A stretch of 64,000 nucleotides of DNA from Octopus vulgaris (taxonomy: Eukaryota): positions 12,896,001 to 12,960,000 of the forward strand of contig OX597816.1 in assembly GCA_951406725.2 (NCBI GenBank). The letters are read 5' to 3'. A model generated the notes under the pieces. That model was not told the DNA's origin. It did no database searches and saw only the letters and a list, made by a program, of their open reading frames with translations. The position numbers and the translations under genes are program-made. Numbering within the stretch: the stretch's first letter is position 1; each line of letters starts with the position of its first letter. This document shows positions 41,765-54,502 of this stretch, piece after piece.

Positions 41765-41933
41765 TTATTTAAAATATTTAAACATACAGGTAGCCCTATG
41801 TATGCAAGATCCTCCCAGTTCAGAACGGCTATTCAATAAGTTTGTATTATTCCTATGTTTTAAAATTTCATATGTCTCCATAGAACAAAGTTCACATCCA
41901 TCTCTACTATTCTTATAAGTCTGTGCCTTTCTG
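41765..41933 (-). pseudogene. Penelope-like element GIY-YIG endonuclease C-terminus
   Basis: RKAQTYKNSRDGCELCSMETYEIL..LLNSRSELGGSCIH matches the PLE motif C.LC..E...I...LLN.RSEL...C.H. Truncated at (TA)n. Confidence 0.8.
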
Positions 41934-41955
41934 ATATATATATATATATATATAT

Positions 41956-42038
<83 letters not shown>

Positions 42039-42040
42039 TG

Positions 42041-42455
42041 TTTCTTTATCAGCCACACAGGGCTGCACACAGACAGGGACACATTACAACGTAGAGCTTT
42101 TCTTTTTGGGGAGAAAAAAAAGTGCAGTAGGTTTTCGATCAAAAGGGATCGTAGAAGGGAAAGAAAAAAACGATAAAAAAAACGATAGATAGATAGATTT
42201 CTTTATTGGCCACGTAGGGATGAACACAGAGGGGACAAAATACAAAGTAGAGCTTTTCATTTTGGGAAGAAGCGAAGGAAAAAGAAAAAAAATGGTCGAA
42301 TTCCGATCAAAAGGGATCGGGTAAAAAAAGTGGGGACGACCAATAGGGATCGTGTAACACAGAAATGTCAATGTTAAAAGGGAAAACAAGTTAGGTTTGT
42401 CCGTGGATAGAAAAGCCTATGGAAAAGACCACGGGAACCTTGGGCAATAGTGTCA
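42041..42455 (-). mobile_element. Two tandem 3' ends of a LINE-like element, each followed by (TCTA)n
   Basis: Reverse-complement ends tgtcccctctgtgttcatccctacgtggccaataaagaaa and tgtccctgtctgtgtgcagccctgtgtggctgataaagaaa. Clade (possibly Tx1/L1) not established. Confidence 0.65.
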
Positions 42456-42590
42456 TGCAAAAATAAAACAAATTACAGTAAGTGGCTCTTTTTTGTTGTT
42501 CATAGAATAGATAGATAGATAGATAAAGACAGACTGACAACAGACAGTCAACAGATTAATAGATATAGATATATGCTTATATACAAGTGT

Positions 42591-42622
<32 letters not shown>

Positions 42623-43149
42623 GCGTGCGAGTGTTTGTATATTTTGGACACAATTATATATACGTGTTATACTGTTTAAGTAATGTGATTTAATGTACCC
42701 AATATATGACGTAGAGTATATTCATTCAACAGAATTAGTGGTTCAATCTAAGTAGTTACATACGGAGACAGTCAGGGGTCTCCGCACAATTACATATAAA
42801 TAATTCACTTATTTGCACATCAATTTATTTTGTGGCAGCGTGTTAATGAAGTAAAGTGCTGCGCCAGGGTGTATAGGTGTGTTCATAAATACTAAATGAA
42901 TTTAGACTCGTATGTTTCGTAGATGTACATTAAGCCTTAATGTATAAATAGGCCACATCATTAAACTAAATGGCTCTTTCTCAAGGGAAACCTAAACGTA
43001 TCAACTAGGCTTTTTTCTAAAGAATGCTAAAGACTTTTACAACTCTGCTAAGAACACGTTGATTTCACAGATTCGCATATGGCCAGTAATACAGTTTCAT
43101 TATAGATAAATTGGTTATAAGTCCGTATGCATAGAAATGTACGCATATA

Positions 43150-43558
43150 GGCGAACGAGTGGCTGTGTAGTAAGTAGCTTTCTTAACAACCACATAGTTC
43201 CGGGTTCAGTCCCACTGTGTGGCACCTTGGGCAAGTGTCTTCTACTATAGCCTCGGGCCGACCAAAGCCTTGTGAGTGTATTGGTAGACGGAAACTGAAA
43301 GAAGCCCGTCGTATATATGTATATGTATATATGCGTGTGTCTGTGTGTGTTTGTGCGTCTTTGTTCCCCCAACATCGCTTGACAACCAATGCTGGTGTGT
43401 TTACGTCCACGTAACTTAAGCGGTTCGGTAAAAAGAAACCGATAGAATAAGTACCAGGCTTACAAAGAATAAGTCCTGGGGTCGATTTGCTCGACTAAAG
43501 GCAGTGCTCCAGTATGGACGCAGTCAAATGACTGAAACAAGTAAAAGAGTAGAAGAGT
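43150..43558 (+). mobile_element. SINE family A, full length
   Basis: Head through tail. Confidence 0.92.
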
Positions 43559-44021
43559 ATATGAATGTGTATATATATATATGCATATATATACATATAT
43601 GCTTACATATTTAGGTATACATGTGCACATATGCATAAACACACACACACACACACTTATTGATTAAGAGACAGACGCAGAGTGAAGCTAGATTAACAAT
43701 CTGGTTCTTAATTTGCGAATAGGTTTTGGAAATTTAATACATGCAATCATATGCATATATATACACATACATACACACATACATCCTTTTACATACACAC
43801 ATACATACACACACACATCGCATATTCCCTTCAAGGATTCGCTTTTTGAAATGCATAAACTTTTATTGATACGCGAATATATAATTATATATGTGGGCCT
43901 ATGTGAGTGTGTGCGTGCGTGTGTGTATATTATGCAGATATGTAGAGAATGTGAGAGATTTATATAGATATATATTTATCCACACACATATATACATCTC
44001 TCTCTCCATATATATATATAT

Positions 44022-44086
<65 letters not shown>

Positions 44087-44150
44087 CACATATCTATATG
44101 TATATATGTGTGTGAATAAATATATATAGATACAGATATATATTTGTATG

Positions 44151-44187
<37 letters not shown>

Positions 44188-45184
44188 CTCAATATGTATA
44201 TACAGGTATGTAGGTAGTTTGATTCAATAATAACCGTGTTCGGGTGATGTGCTAGATCATTAATTCGTAAACTATAACCATTTCCATTAGCTTTAATAAG
44301 ATCTTCAATTCTTCTCTGTCTGCCCAATGATAACATAATCGAAGCTCTAGCAGAATAAACATCAAGGCAAGGCGAATACAAACGCTGAGTGATTCATATA
44401 TTTAACTGTACAAACTTGTAAATCTGCATGTCGGTTGAAGAAGACCAATTAACTGGAACAAGAAAGCTGATAATAGTGTAGTATGCTTTTGAAAGATCAG
44501 ATGCTGTCTTGAAACTTGTCACGATACAAATTAGTAGTTGTAAGATGTAATTTAAAATTTAGTTATTTGTTTTAAGCAAACAATCAGATAATATTATGTC
44601 GGTTATTTAATCAGTTCGCAGTGTTATGTTCTGTTAAGTGGAATACCTTTTCTGTTACGTATTGATTTGTTTCAAACGCACGAGGTTAACTTTTGTAAGT
44701 GACGGACGTAGGTGATATATTCAAGTTTACTTTAAATCTTGTGGAGTATATTAGCCATTCAAATGATGAAAGTTAAACGTAGTTCAAGTTGAATTTAAAC
44801 TTCAAATAGAGATGAATAAATCTGAAATACTGTTAGATATTTGATTTAGTTTTGGAAATTTGTATAGTGGAGTTGGTAAGCTATATGGGAGCCAAGTCTC
44901 TGACCCATGATTCACTTATCTTCGTAACACTTTTATATAGAACTCTTGAGGCACACAGAAAATTCCTGAACTGCGGCCATGCTGGAGGCACGCACTGCCT
45001 TGAAGGAGGGTTTTGGTCGAACAAATTGACTCTACTATGAAGTGTTCTTATATTCCGATTCTTATATCATCGGACTATTTTGCAGGATCGCTAACTTAAG
45101 GAAACATAAACAAGCTAATGCTGGTTGTCAGATTGTAGCGTAGGGGAAGAAACACACAGACAGAAATACAAATGTACATATGAG

Positions 45185-45524
45185 TATGTATGTATGTATG
45201 TATGTATGTATGTATGTATGTATGTATGTATGTGTGTATGTATGTATGAATGTATGTATGCATGTATGTATGTATGTATGTATGTATGTATGTATGTATG
45301 TATGTATGTATTTATGTATGCATGAATGTATGTATGCATGAATGTATGTATGTATGTATGTATGTATGCATGAATGTATGTATGTATGTATGTATGTATG
45401 TATGTATGTATGTATGTATGTATGTATGTATGTATGTATGCATGTATGTATGTATGTATGTATGTATGTATGCATGAATGTATGTATGTATGTATGTATG
45501 TATGCATGAATGTATGTATGTATG

Positions 45525-45558
<34 letters not shown>

Positions 45559-45625
45559 TGTATGTATGTATGTATGCATGTATGTATGTATGTATGTATG
45601 TATGTATGTATGTATGTATGTATAT
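45185..45625. repeat. (TATG)n microsatellite
   Basis: Direct reading. Confidence 0.97.
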
Positions 45626-45862
45626 ATGTGTGTATGTATCTTTGTCTCACTGTAGTTGTGAATTATGGAACCTGACCGTCACTACATAAGCTTCATGTTT
45701 GCGTAACAAATGAAAGTATTAGTTTATAAAATTGTAAAAATTGCAAATGATAAAACGTGGTTTCTGTAGTTATTATCAGTGTATTCTGGCGATTTAAATA
45801 AGGTTTTGACTGTTATTTCCAGCAGGTAGATATACCTAGTATGTCCTTTGATTAATTTTATA

Positions 45863-45919
<57 letters not shown>

Positions 45920-45976
45920 GGTGCCCCAGCATGGCCGCGGCCTTCGGGCTAAAACATTTTAAAGGGATTTAAGGAT
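45920..45976 (+). mobile_element. Tiny LINE/SINE 3' terminus inserted in (TA)n
   Basis: ggtgccccagcatggccgcggccttcgggctaaaaca has the same catggcc-hairpin-aaaca layout as the SINE A and CR1-like tails. Confidence 0.6.
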
Positions 45977-46470
45977 ATATATATATACATGTGTATGTGT
46001 AGTAACATAAGGATTCAGATAGAATCGGGTACCTGAAAAGATATGCACCAAGTAGGGTTAGATAAATCTTTGGTTCCGGCTTGTGGTTGGTAAGTGTTAA
46101 ATATGATATTCTGGTTGTGTACACAGAGAAAACCAACTCTATGAGTATTTAGCCCCTAAGGGCTGGTCCAACGCACGCATTACGTTGAATTGTACGTTGT
46201 TGATATGCTCTATGATGACCGACAAGTCGTAAATCCCGTTGGTGTATTACAATCAAATGAATAATAACAGACGATGGATAATTATAAGCTCCTTACAGCA
46301 TCTTTACTGTTATCATTCATTTGATTACATATATACACATATACAGAGTTCCACCTCGTGGCACCTTGGGCAAGTGGATTTGCAAGACGGAAACTGAAAG
46401 AAGCCCGTCGTCTCTCTCTCTCTCTCTCCCTCTCCCTCTCCCACTCTATCTCTCTCTATATATATATATA

Positions 46471-46655
46471 GTTAATCCAAACATGAACAAAGAGAAAACA
46501 GAACAACATGAGGGCGTGGAACACGTATAGTGTTATTGTACGCCCAGGAAAGGAAAGAAAGAAGATGGTTTTAATGTTTCGAGCGGAACTCTTCGTCAGA
46601 AACATAGAAAAAGGAAAGATTCTAGAAAGGGAAGACAGAGAAAGAAATTCGCCAT
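46471..46655 (-). mobile_element. Penelope-related short element, family P1
   Basis: Homologous to 54110-54318, abuts (TA)n, and contains a hammerhead motif. Confidence 0.75.
46568..46603 (-). ncRNA. Minimal type-I hammerhead ribozyme motif (stem III mutated)
   Basis: GTTT CTGACGA A GAGTTCCGCTC GAAA CATT AAAAC has intact CUGANGA and GAAA boxes. Confidence 0.65.
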
Positions 46656-46733
46656 AATGTTTCTATACACTAGGCCACTTGTAGTAAAAATTTCTAAAAT
46701 CTTTATTACCCTGATATTATTATTATACACACA

Positions 46734-46835
<102 letters not shown>

Positions 46836-46854
46836 TACACCCACGGACATATAC

Positions 46855-47045
46855 AGTTGAAATTTACAGAAAAACAAAACACGAAGACAGGTGTAGGAAC
46901 AACAAGCAAGAGTATTAGTTTGACGCTCGAGAAGGTGAGAAAGTCTTTTACGTTTCGAGCCTACGCTCTTCACCAGAAAGAAACACAAAGAAATAATCTG
47001 AGAGACAATAAAAAAAAAATCTTTCGGAGTTAGCGGTCAATCATA
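46855..47045 (-). mobile_element. Penelope-related short element, family P2
   Basis: Homologous to 48582-48748. Confidence 0.75.
46944..46981 (-). ncRNA. Minimal hammerhead-like motif (core variant CUGGUGA)
   Basis: TCTTT CTGGTGA A GAGC GTAG GCTC GAAA CGT A AAAGA: 5-bp stem I, 4-bp stem II, palindromic ACGT stem III, GUA site. Confidence 0.6.
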
Positions 47046-47399
47046 TGCATACAGCAGACTTCTTTCCATTTCCGTCAATGCCTAAGAGACCGTACGTTTG
47101 TCTTTTTCGTCGATAATGATTCGCAAAATTTTCGAGCACCCTAACGGCCTATAAACGAGAAAATAATTGAATATTATTGAACATGAAAATATTATCCTTG
47201 GAATAATAATATGTTTAGCTGGACCCTAGAGATTGCACTCTCTAAATATTTGCATCAAGCATTCTTTTTGATTGCATAAACAAACAATAAAGATGTATCA
47301 AAATATAAATACCAATAATAAGCAAATTTTTTTTATAACAGTTCTGATCGATAATTGTAATAATGTTAATGTTGACAAGGTGATAATGATGTTTACATA

Positions 47400-47870
47400 A
47401 ATTGATGGTGAGGGTGGTGATGATGACGATGATGACGATTATGATCATCGCCATCATGATGAGGCAGGAGGACGCGGGGGAACTATGATGATGACGATGA
47501 TGACGATGATGCGATGATGGTGATTATGATGGTGATGACGATGGTGATGATGATTGCGGTGATGATGGTGGTAGTGGTAATGGTGATGGTTGTGACGATG
47601 ATAATCATGATGATGATGGTAACGATGATGATGATGACGTGGTTGGTGGTGGTGATGGTATTGATGATGACACTGATGATGAGAATGGTTACGATGATGA
47701 CGGTGGTAGTGGTGATGTTGATGATGGTTGTAATGATGATGATAATGATGATGATGATGGTGGTGACGACGATGATGATGACGATGAAGTGATTGGTGGT
47801 GGTGATTGTGATGATAATGGTTACGATGATGAAAGTGGTGGTGGTGTGATGATGGTTGCGATGTTGACAC

Positions 47871-47927
<57 letters not shown>

Positions 47928-47957
47928 GGAGGAGGAGGAGGAGGAGGAGGAGGAGGT
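47400..47957. repeat. (GAT/GGT)n degenerate repeat ending in pure (GAT)n(GAG)n
   Basis: Direct reading. Confidence 0.95.
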
Positions 47958-48217
47958 GAATTGAGGTGACTAGAGTTGCAACGATAAGTTTCAAGCATGA
48001 TAATACATAAAACTAAAGGAAACAGAATATCCAACAAAACTGCATATTTATATTGGGATGTTCAGGAAACATAAGACGCCTACAGCAACCGAGGCGTTGA
48101 TTACGCTGTGAAAAGTCACTTAATTTCCCGCCTCTATGTAGAAAGGGGAAGATTATAATATATATATGTAAGTATGTATATATGTATGTATACACACACA
48201 TGTATGTATACACACAC

Positions 48218-48254
<37 letters not shown>

Positions 48255-48581
48255 AATACATGCATGTATATGTATGTGTGTGCGTGTGTGTCTATATGTT
48301 TGTGTGCGTATGTGCCTGTGTGTGCCTATATCTGTGAATATATAAGTAGATATATGTACACACATGTATACATATTTATATGAACATATAAGTATATACA
48401 TATATATATATATATATACGTACGTACGTACGTACGTATGTATGTATGTATGTATGTATGTATGTATGTATGTATGTATGTATGTATGTATGTATGTATG
48501 TATTGTTCATCTCTCCTAACTCTCTATCCATGTTTATGTGTGTGTGTGTGTGTGTGTCTCTCTCTCTCTCTATATATATAG

Positions 48582-48746
48582 GGAGAGTTTACGAAAAAGC
48601 AAAAGACGAAGACAGGTGATGTACAAAACAAACAGATGTATTAGTATAACGCTCAAGAATAGAAAAAAGTCTTTTACGTTTCGAGCCTACGCTCTTCTAC
48701 AGAAAGGGACACAGAAAAAACAGGGAGAGAAACAAGGAGAGAAAAA

Positions 48747-48748
<2 letters not shown>
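48582..48748 (-). mobile_element. Penelope-related short element, family P2, with a hammerhead-like motif at 48671-48706
   Basis: CTTT CTGTAGA A GAGC GTAG GCTC GAAA CGT A AAAG. Flanked by (TA)n on both sides. Confidence 0.72.
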
Positions 48749-48780
<32 letters not shown>

Positions 48781-49420
48781 ACACGCACACATATATATAT
48801 TTACGGTAGGGTCATGCAGCGAATAAGAATCAAGCACTGGTTGTAGTTCACTTCAGTTTAACCCTATTAAGAAATTTGTGAGAGTTAATTTTCCACGCTA
48901 TTTTTGATATTTGCAATGGCCATCCGTCATCATAAAGTAGAGTATTAACGTTATGAGTTCATTCTTTAAAGTTCATTATGTCGGTTTCTATTTTCATTTC
49001 TATTTTCCTTCACTTGTTCTTGCCTTTGTTTATGCCAACACAAGAAATCGTGTGACCGTGAGTGGTGTTTGCAGTTTATGAGTATCTCTTTTACTACAGA
49101 CAGTTTTTTCTTCCTTGCAAGCAGGAAATCATACGATTTTACAATTTCTAACAGGCTGACTCACCACTTGGATGTCGATACGTCTGGACACAGAAGAATA
49201 AATGTTTTCTAACCTTAACACCGAAGAATGCCATATTCTACAAATTCAGTAATACTGTTTGTCAACCGGAAATAGGAAATAAATTTGCACATAAAATATT
49301 TAGAAACTACGGAATGTGACTATGAACAATAATAATTCCATTACGATAACGATTGCAACAATTATGGCCCAAGTCAAAAATCGTATCACCAATAATATTC
49401 TCGTTGCAGAAGTCAGTAAT

Positions 49421-49713
49421 CACCGTGATCACTGTGACCGACCAGGCTATCAGATGTTGCTACACATCGCTGGTCACAATGCGTTTCACATTGTTTTAGC
49501 ATTCAAATGACGCCACCCCGCTGGCTAAGAAAGCAGGCCATCAGAAGAAAGAGTGAGAGAAAGTTGTGGCGAAAGAGTACAGCAGAGATCGCCCTCCACC
49601 GGAGCTTTAGGTGTTTTAGCTCAATAAACACTCACAACGCCCGGTCTGGGAATCGAAACCGCGATCTGACGACCGCGAATCCGCTGCCCTAACTACTCGG
49701 CCATTGCGCCTCC
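49421..49713 (-). mobile_element. SINE family C, near full length
   Basis: 13-bp TSD agaagtcagtaat on both sides. Confidence 0.92.
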
Positions 49714-49739
49714 ATAGAAGTCAGTAATAGCAGTGATAA

Positions 49740-50110
49740 TAGTTTCAAACTTTGTCTCAAGGCCAATAATTTTAGGAGTGGGAGTAAATCGAAAACATCG
49801 ACTCCCGAAAAGATGAAAGACGAAGTCAACCTCGGAAGAATTTGAATTCAAGGCACTAAGCATCTTGACTGGCCTATTGTCACCGTCTTTAATGATTCCA
49901 GATCTTGAAACAAGGACAACTATTTTGAGGGGAGGGGAAGTCGATTACATCATAACCCCAGTGTTCAACTGGTGCTTATTTTACCGTCTCCGAGAGGATG
50001 AGAAGTAAAATCGACCTCGGTGGAAATTGAACTCATCGTAAAGAGCTGGAAAAAAATGTCACTAAGCATTGTTCCCAACACCCTAACGACTCTGCAAGCT
50101 CACCATCTTG
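49740..50110 (-). mobile_element. Degenerate SINE family B copies
   Basis: Two diverged bodies with tail ii. Confidence 0.65.
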
Positions 50111-50206
50111 ATAATAGTAACAATAAAACAGAGTCTATTTCTACAAGGAGCTTGATAAATCATATTCTGAAATGCTGACATTCATTTAATTGAAATAATC
50201 TGAAGT

Positions 50207-50519
50207 AAATAGAAATATCATTATTTCCAATTCTCTCTAAAGGAGACTTCGGCAGTGGTACTGGATATTAATAGTTAACTCCAAGCTAACATGGCAGTCC
50301 CGAAAAATAGGACGAATGCTGTCGTTGATTATCTCCAAGAGGCCATCGTCTCTAGCTAGCTATGTGACACACAAACCTGTGTCCATTATAAGGTTATAAT
50401 GGACACAGGTTTGTGTGTCATATAGCTAGCTAGAGGCGATGGCCTCTTGGAGCTAATCAACGGCAGCATTCGTCCTATTTTTCCGGACTTCTATGTTAGC
50501 TTGGCGTTAACTATTAATA
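50207..50519. mobile_element. Fold-back element: ~254-bp near-perfect palindrome (50266-50519) plus a shared ~60-bp left extension
   Basis: Centre gtccattataa GG ttataatggac; the arms pair out to tattaatag / ctattaata. Confidence 0.9.
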
Positions 50520-51251
50520 ACTGAAATAAATCACAGTAAAATAATTGTAAATTAAAAGACACTCAAAGTATCTTACGTAAAGAAAATGTATTTTCGTGTT
50601 TGGTTAACTTACACTGCAAGTTACTAAATATTTATAGCAATCACTGTCTCAAGTCCTAGAATTCCCAGTGCCGGTTACCCAGTTTCATTGGAAATAAGTG
50701 ACCGAGATCCCTGAATGTTGGAAACATACATTTAAAGCTGAGTGGGCTGGAGCAATGCGAAAACAAATGTCTTCCTCTCGAACACGACTCACCACCCAGT
50801 CAAAGAATCGATACCATGATTTTTAATCGTCTTTCCCACTCCCTGTGCACTAGACCACGGGCCTTCACTAGATATATATATATATATCGTTATAACGGGC
50901 AGTATGCTTTACCAAAATAAAAACATGTGATGCGTCTGGTGTTACTGCATCGTTCCAAACCTAACGGGAAGCAGTACAACTTGAATCACAAACAATTGTG
51001 CTAATAAATGCTTTTTGTTACTCAGAATTCTCCAGTAAGCTCTAAAACATACCCTACGTGCACCGTGGAATTTCTGGGCATAGATCCAAAGATGAATGCA
51101 AAGTATACATTATGTATACAATGACATGACAAAGGTAAATAGACACCCATAAAACATCGTTTTATGTTTATTATAACATGTAATGGTTAATTTTTTTCAT
51201 TAATTGACATTATATTATGTTTCAGGTTCTATGTGCGACTGTTTAATCAAA

Positions 51252-52034
51252 CCTATTTCTTTACTACCCACAAGGGGCTAAACATAGAAAGGACAAACGA
51301 GGACAACAAACGGATTAAGTCGACTATATCGACCCCAGTGCGTAACTGGTACTTAAATAATCGACCCCGAAAGGATGAAAGGCAAAGTCGACCTCGGCGG
51401 AATTTGAACTCAGAACGTAGCGGCTGACGAAATACCTATTTCTTTACTACCCACAAGGGGCTAAACACAGAGGAGACAAACGAGGACAACAAACGGATTA
51501 AGTCGACTATATCGACCCCAGTGCGTAACTGGTACTTAAATAATCGACCCCGAAAGGATGAAAGGCAAAGTCGACCTCGGCGGAATTTGAACTCAGAACG
51601 TAGCGGCTGACGAAATACCTATTTCTTTACTACCCACAAGGGGCTAAACACAGAGGAGACAAACAAGGACAGACAAACGGATTAAGTCGATTATATCGAC
51701 CATAGTGCATAACTGGTACTTATTTAATCGACCCCGAAAGGATGAAAGGCAGAGTCGACCTCGGCGGAATTTGAACTCAGAACGTAGCGGCTGACGAAAT
51801 ACCTATTTCTTTAATACCCACAAGGGGCTAAACACAGAGGAGACAAACAAGGACAGACAAAAGGATTAAGTCGATTATATCGACCATAGTGCATAACTGG
51901 TACTTATTTAATCGACCCCGGAAGGATGAAAGGCAAAGTCGACCTCGGCGGAATTTGAATTCAGAACGTAGCGGCAGACGAAATACCGCTGAGCATTTCG
52001 CCCGGTGTGCTAACGATTCTGCCAGCTCGCCGCC
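51252..52034 (-). mobile_element. SINE family B array: one head and four ~183-bp body+tail-i units
   Basis: Unit starts at 51252, 51435, 51618 and 51802. ctgtttaatc is duplicated on both flanks. Confidence 0.93.
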
Positions 52035-52316
52035 TTCTGTTTAATCTTACCAGGTACAAAAGAAGTCTTGGAAGTGGCTGAGTTTCAAAGAAGCCGTATT
52101 GGGGGGTCATTCTGATGGTGGACATAGCGTAAAATCGCAGAAAACCTTGGGAACCCCGCTTGCTACACTTAATATGGTTGTGTAATTCACCAGAGAGGCG
52201 AAAGAGTCCACATCACCTCGACAATTATAACAATTAATGAATAATTAATTTGAATGTACAATTTCAGATTTGAATAAATTTTAGTGATTATAAAATGTCT
52301 ACTTACTTCTGTCGTG

Positions 52317-52369
<53 letters not shown>

Positions 52370-52815
52370 GTATGTATATACGTATATAATCACATCATAT
52401 ATAGATATATGTATATATGTATGTGTGTGTATGTGTACGTGTGCGTGCGTGCGTGTGTATGTATGTATGTGTGTGTGTAGAAAGTCCTTGTAGATGAATG
52501 AGTTATGTTGGCAAGTGGAGACATTGTTATTTATCTTTCGTTAAAAATATCGTAAGTTAATATTCAGAGCAATCTGAACAGAGATATTTAATAGAAATCT
52601 GTCTCATGGTTTTCTTCAATATATAAATACGTACATACATGCATTCTTACGTACATACATACACACACACACACACACATACATACATACATACATACAT
52701 ACATACATACATACATACATACATACATACATACATACATACATGCATACATACACACATACATGCATACATACATACATATAGATGTAAATTATTTACT
52801 TTCAGTCAGACTATA

Positions 52816-52952
<137 letters not shown>

Positions 52953-53310
52953 CATATATTATAGTCTGACAGAAAATAAATAATTTGATGGTACTTCGCG
53001 TTGATTTTCCCCAAGAATTTCGATATATATCTAGATATGCAATGATTTGAATATAAAAAGCATATCTTTAGGTAACAATATCAATTTTATAGTTTTGGAT
53101 CGACTCACATTTTTTTTTTTTGTAGAGAAAATATATCTTTAAGAAAATAACAGCGAAGACCATATTAGAGCAAGTCTGGTTGAGATGAGACACTGATACG
53201 ATTTCTGTTTCATAAATCATCGAAAACAGGCGTTGGCTTCTTTTCAAAAAAGATTAAATTAACTGTCTACGATAGAGTACAGAAATATGTGTGTGTATAT
53301 ATATATACGT

Positions 53311-53613
53311 GGAGGCGCAATGGCCCAGTGGTTAGGGCAGCGGATTCGCGGTTGTAGGATCGCGGTTCCGATTCCCAGACCGGGCGCTGTGTGTGCCTAT
53401 TGAGCAAAAACACCTTAAAAGCTCCACGAGGCTCCGGCAGGGGTGGTGATCCCTGCTCTACTCTTTCACCACTCTTTCTCCCACTCTTTCTTCTGTTGGC
53501 CTGCTCGCTCTCGCCGGGGTGGCGTCATTCGAAGGCTAAAACAGTGCGAACGCATTGTGACCAGCGATGTGTGGCAACATCTGATGGTCTGGTCCGTCAC
53601 GTGATCACGTGAT
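53311..53613 (+). mobile_element. SINE family C, full length, in (TA)n
   Basis: tRNA-like head through the ..ggtccgtcacgtgatcacgtgat tail. Confidence 0.92.
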
Positions 53614-54109
53614 ATATATATATACAGGGCCGTCGCATGACTTTTAGGGGTACCCTGCAACTTTTTGTTTCGAGGACCCATCTCTTCAATCAAAATTCAT
53701 AGTCTACACACCTTTATTATCTGCAAAAATCAAACATAGTCCCTTAGAGCTTGTTGCATTTTAGAATTATCATAACACTCTGCTGTGATAATTCTAAATA
53801 CAACACAAAAAATCTAACGGTATATCATTTTTCTACCATTCTGTACATAGATACACACACGTACACATACACAAACTTCTGTGTGTGTATGTATGTGCTT
53901 GTGTGTGTGTCTCCAGCTTTTATTGCCATAGGATTAGGCCAAAGGCCACTGTTTTTGGTGCACAGTGACCAGCTTTTCAACAACGTTAAATAAAAAGGCC
54001 ATATATATATATTTATATATATATGTGTGTGTGTATATATATATATGTGTGTGTGTGTGTATATATACATATGTGTGTGTATGTATGTATGCATGTATGT
54101 ATTCAAAAT

Positions 54110-54314
54110 GTGACCGCGTGTGTACCGTTCGCGATTTTTTTTCCTCCGTCTTCCCTTATCTGGATCTTTCCTTTTCCTATGTTTCTAACGAAGAGCTCCG
54201 CTCGAATTCTAAAACCCTCCTTCTTCCCTTCCTCCCTGAGCGTCCAATAATACTATGTTTGTTCCACGTCCTCGCGTTGTTGTGTTTTCTCTTTGTGTTT
54301 TCATGTTTGGATTA

Positions 54315-54318
<4 letters not shown>
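54110..54318 (+). mobile_element. Penelope-related short element, family P1, with a degenerate hammerhead at 54181-54215
   Basis: GTTT CTAACGA A GAGC TCC GCTC GAAT TCT AAAAC; ends tggattaacttt(TA)n. Confidence 0.75.
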
Positions 54319-54366
<48 letters not shown>

Positions 54367-54442
54367 AAATCTATAACTAGATGATGAGTATATATATATA
54401 CATATATATATATACATATATACATATATATATATATACATA

Positions 54443-54500
<58 letters not shown>

Positions 54501-54502
<2 letters not shown>

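Noticed and set aside
44094-44381. ORF containing RRIEDLIKANG, faintly like a Tc1 C-terminus or an exon
   Set aside because: No other transposase motifs, TIR or convincing splice sites.
51420-51450. CTGACGA in the SINE B array as a hammerhead core (retrozyme hypothesis)
   Set aside because: No stem II-GAAA follows, and other copies read CAGACGA, so it is a local variant.
51252-52034. CRISPR-like reading of the regular arrays (also 35997-37368)
   Set aside because: Units are ~183-bp SINE bodies repeated in full, with no unique spacers and no cas genes, in a eukaryotic context.
53311-53386. True tRNA gene (also 1658, ~49640 and 61013)
   Set aside because: A and B boxes are present, but each head runs into SINE body sequence and lacks a clean cloverleaf; the 49421 copy has TSDs.
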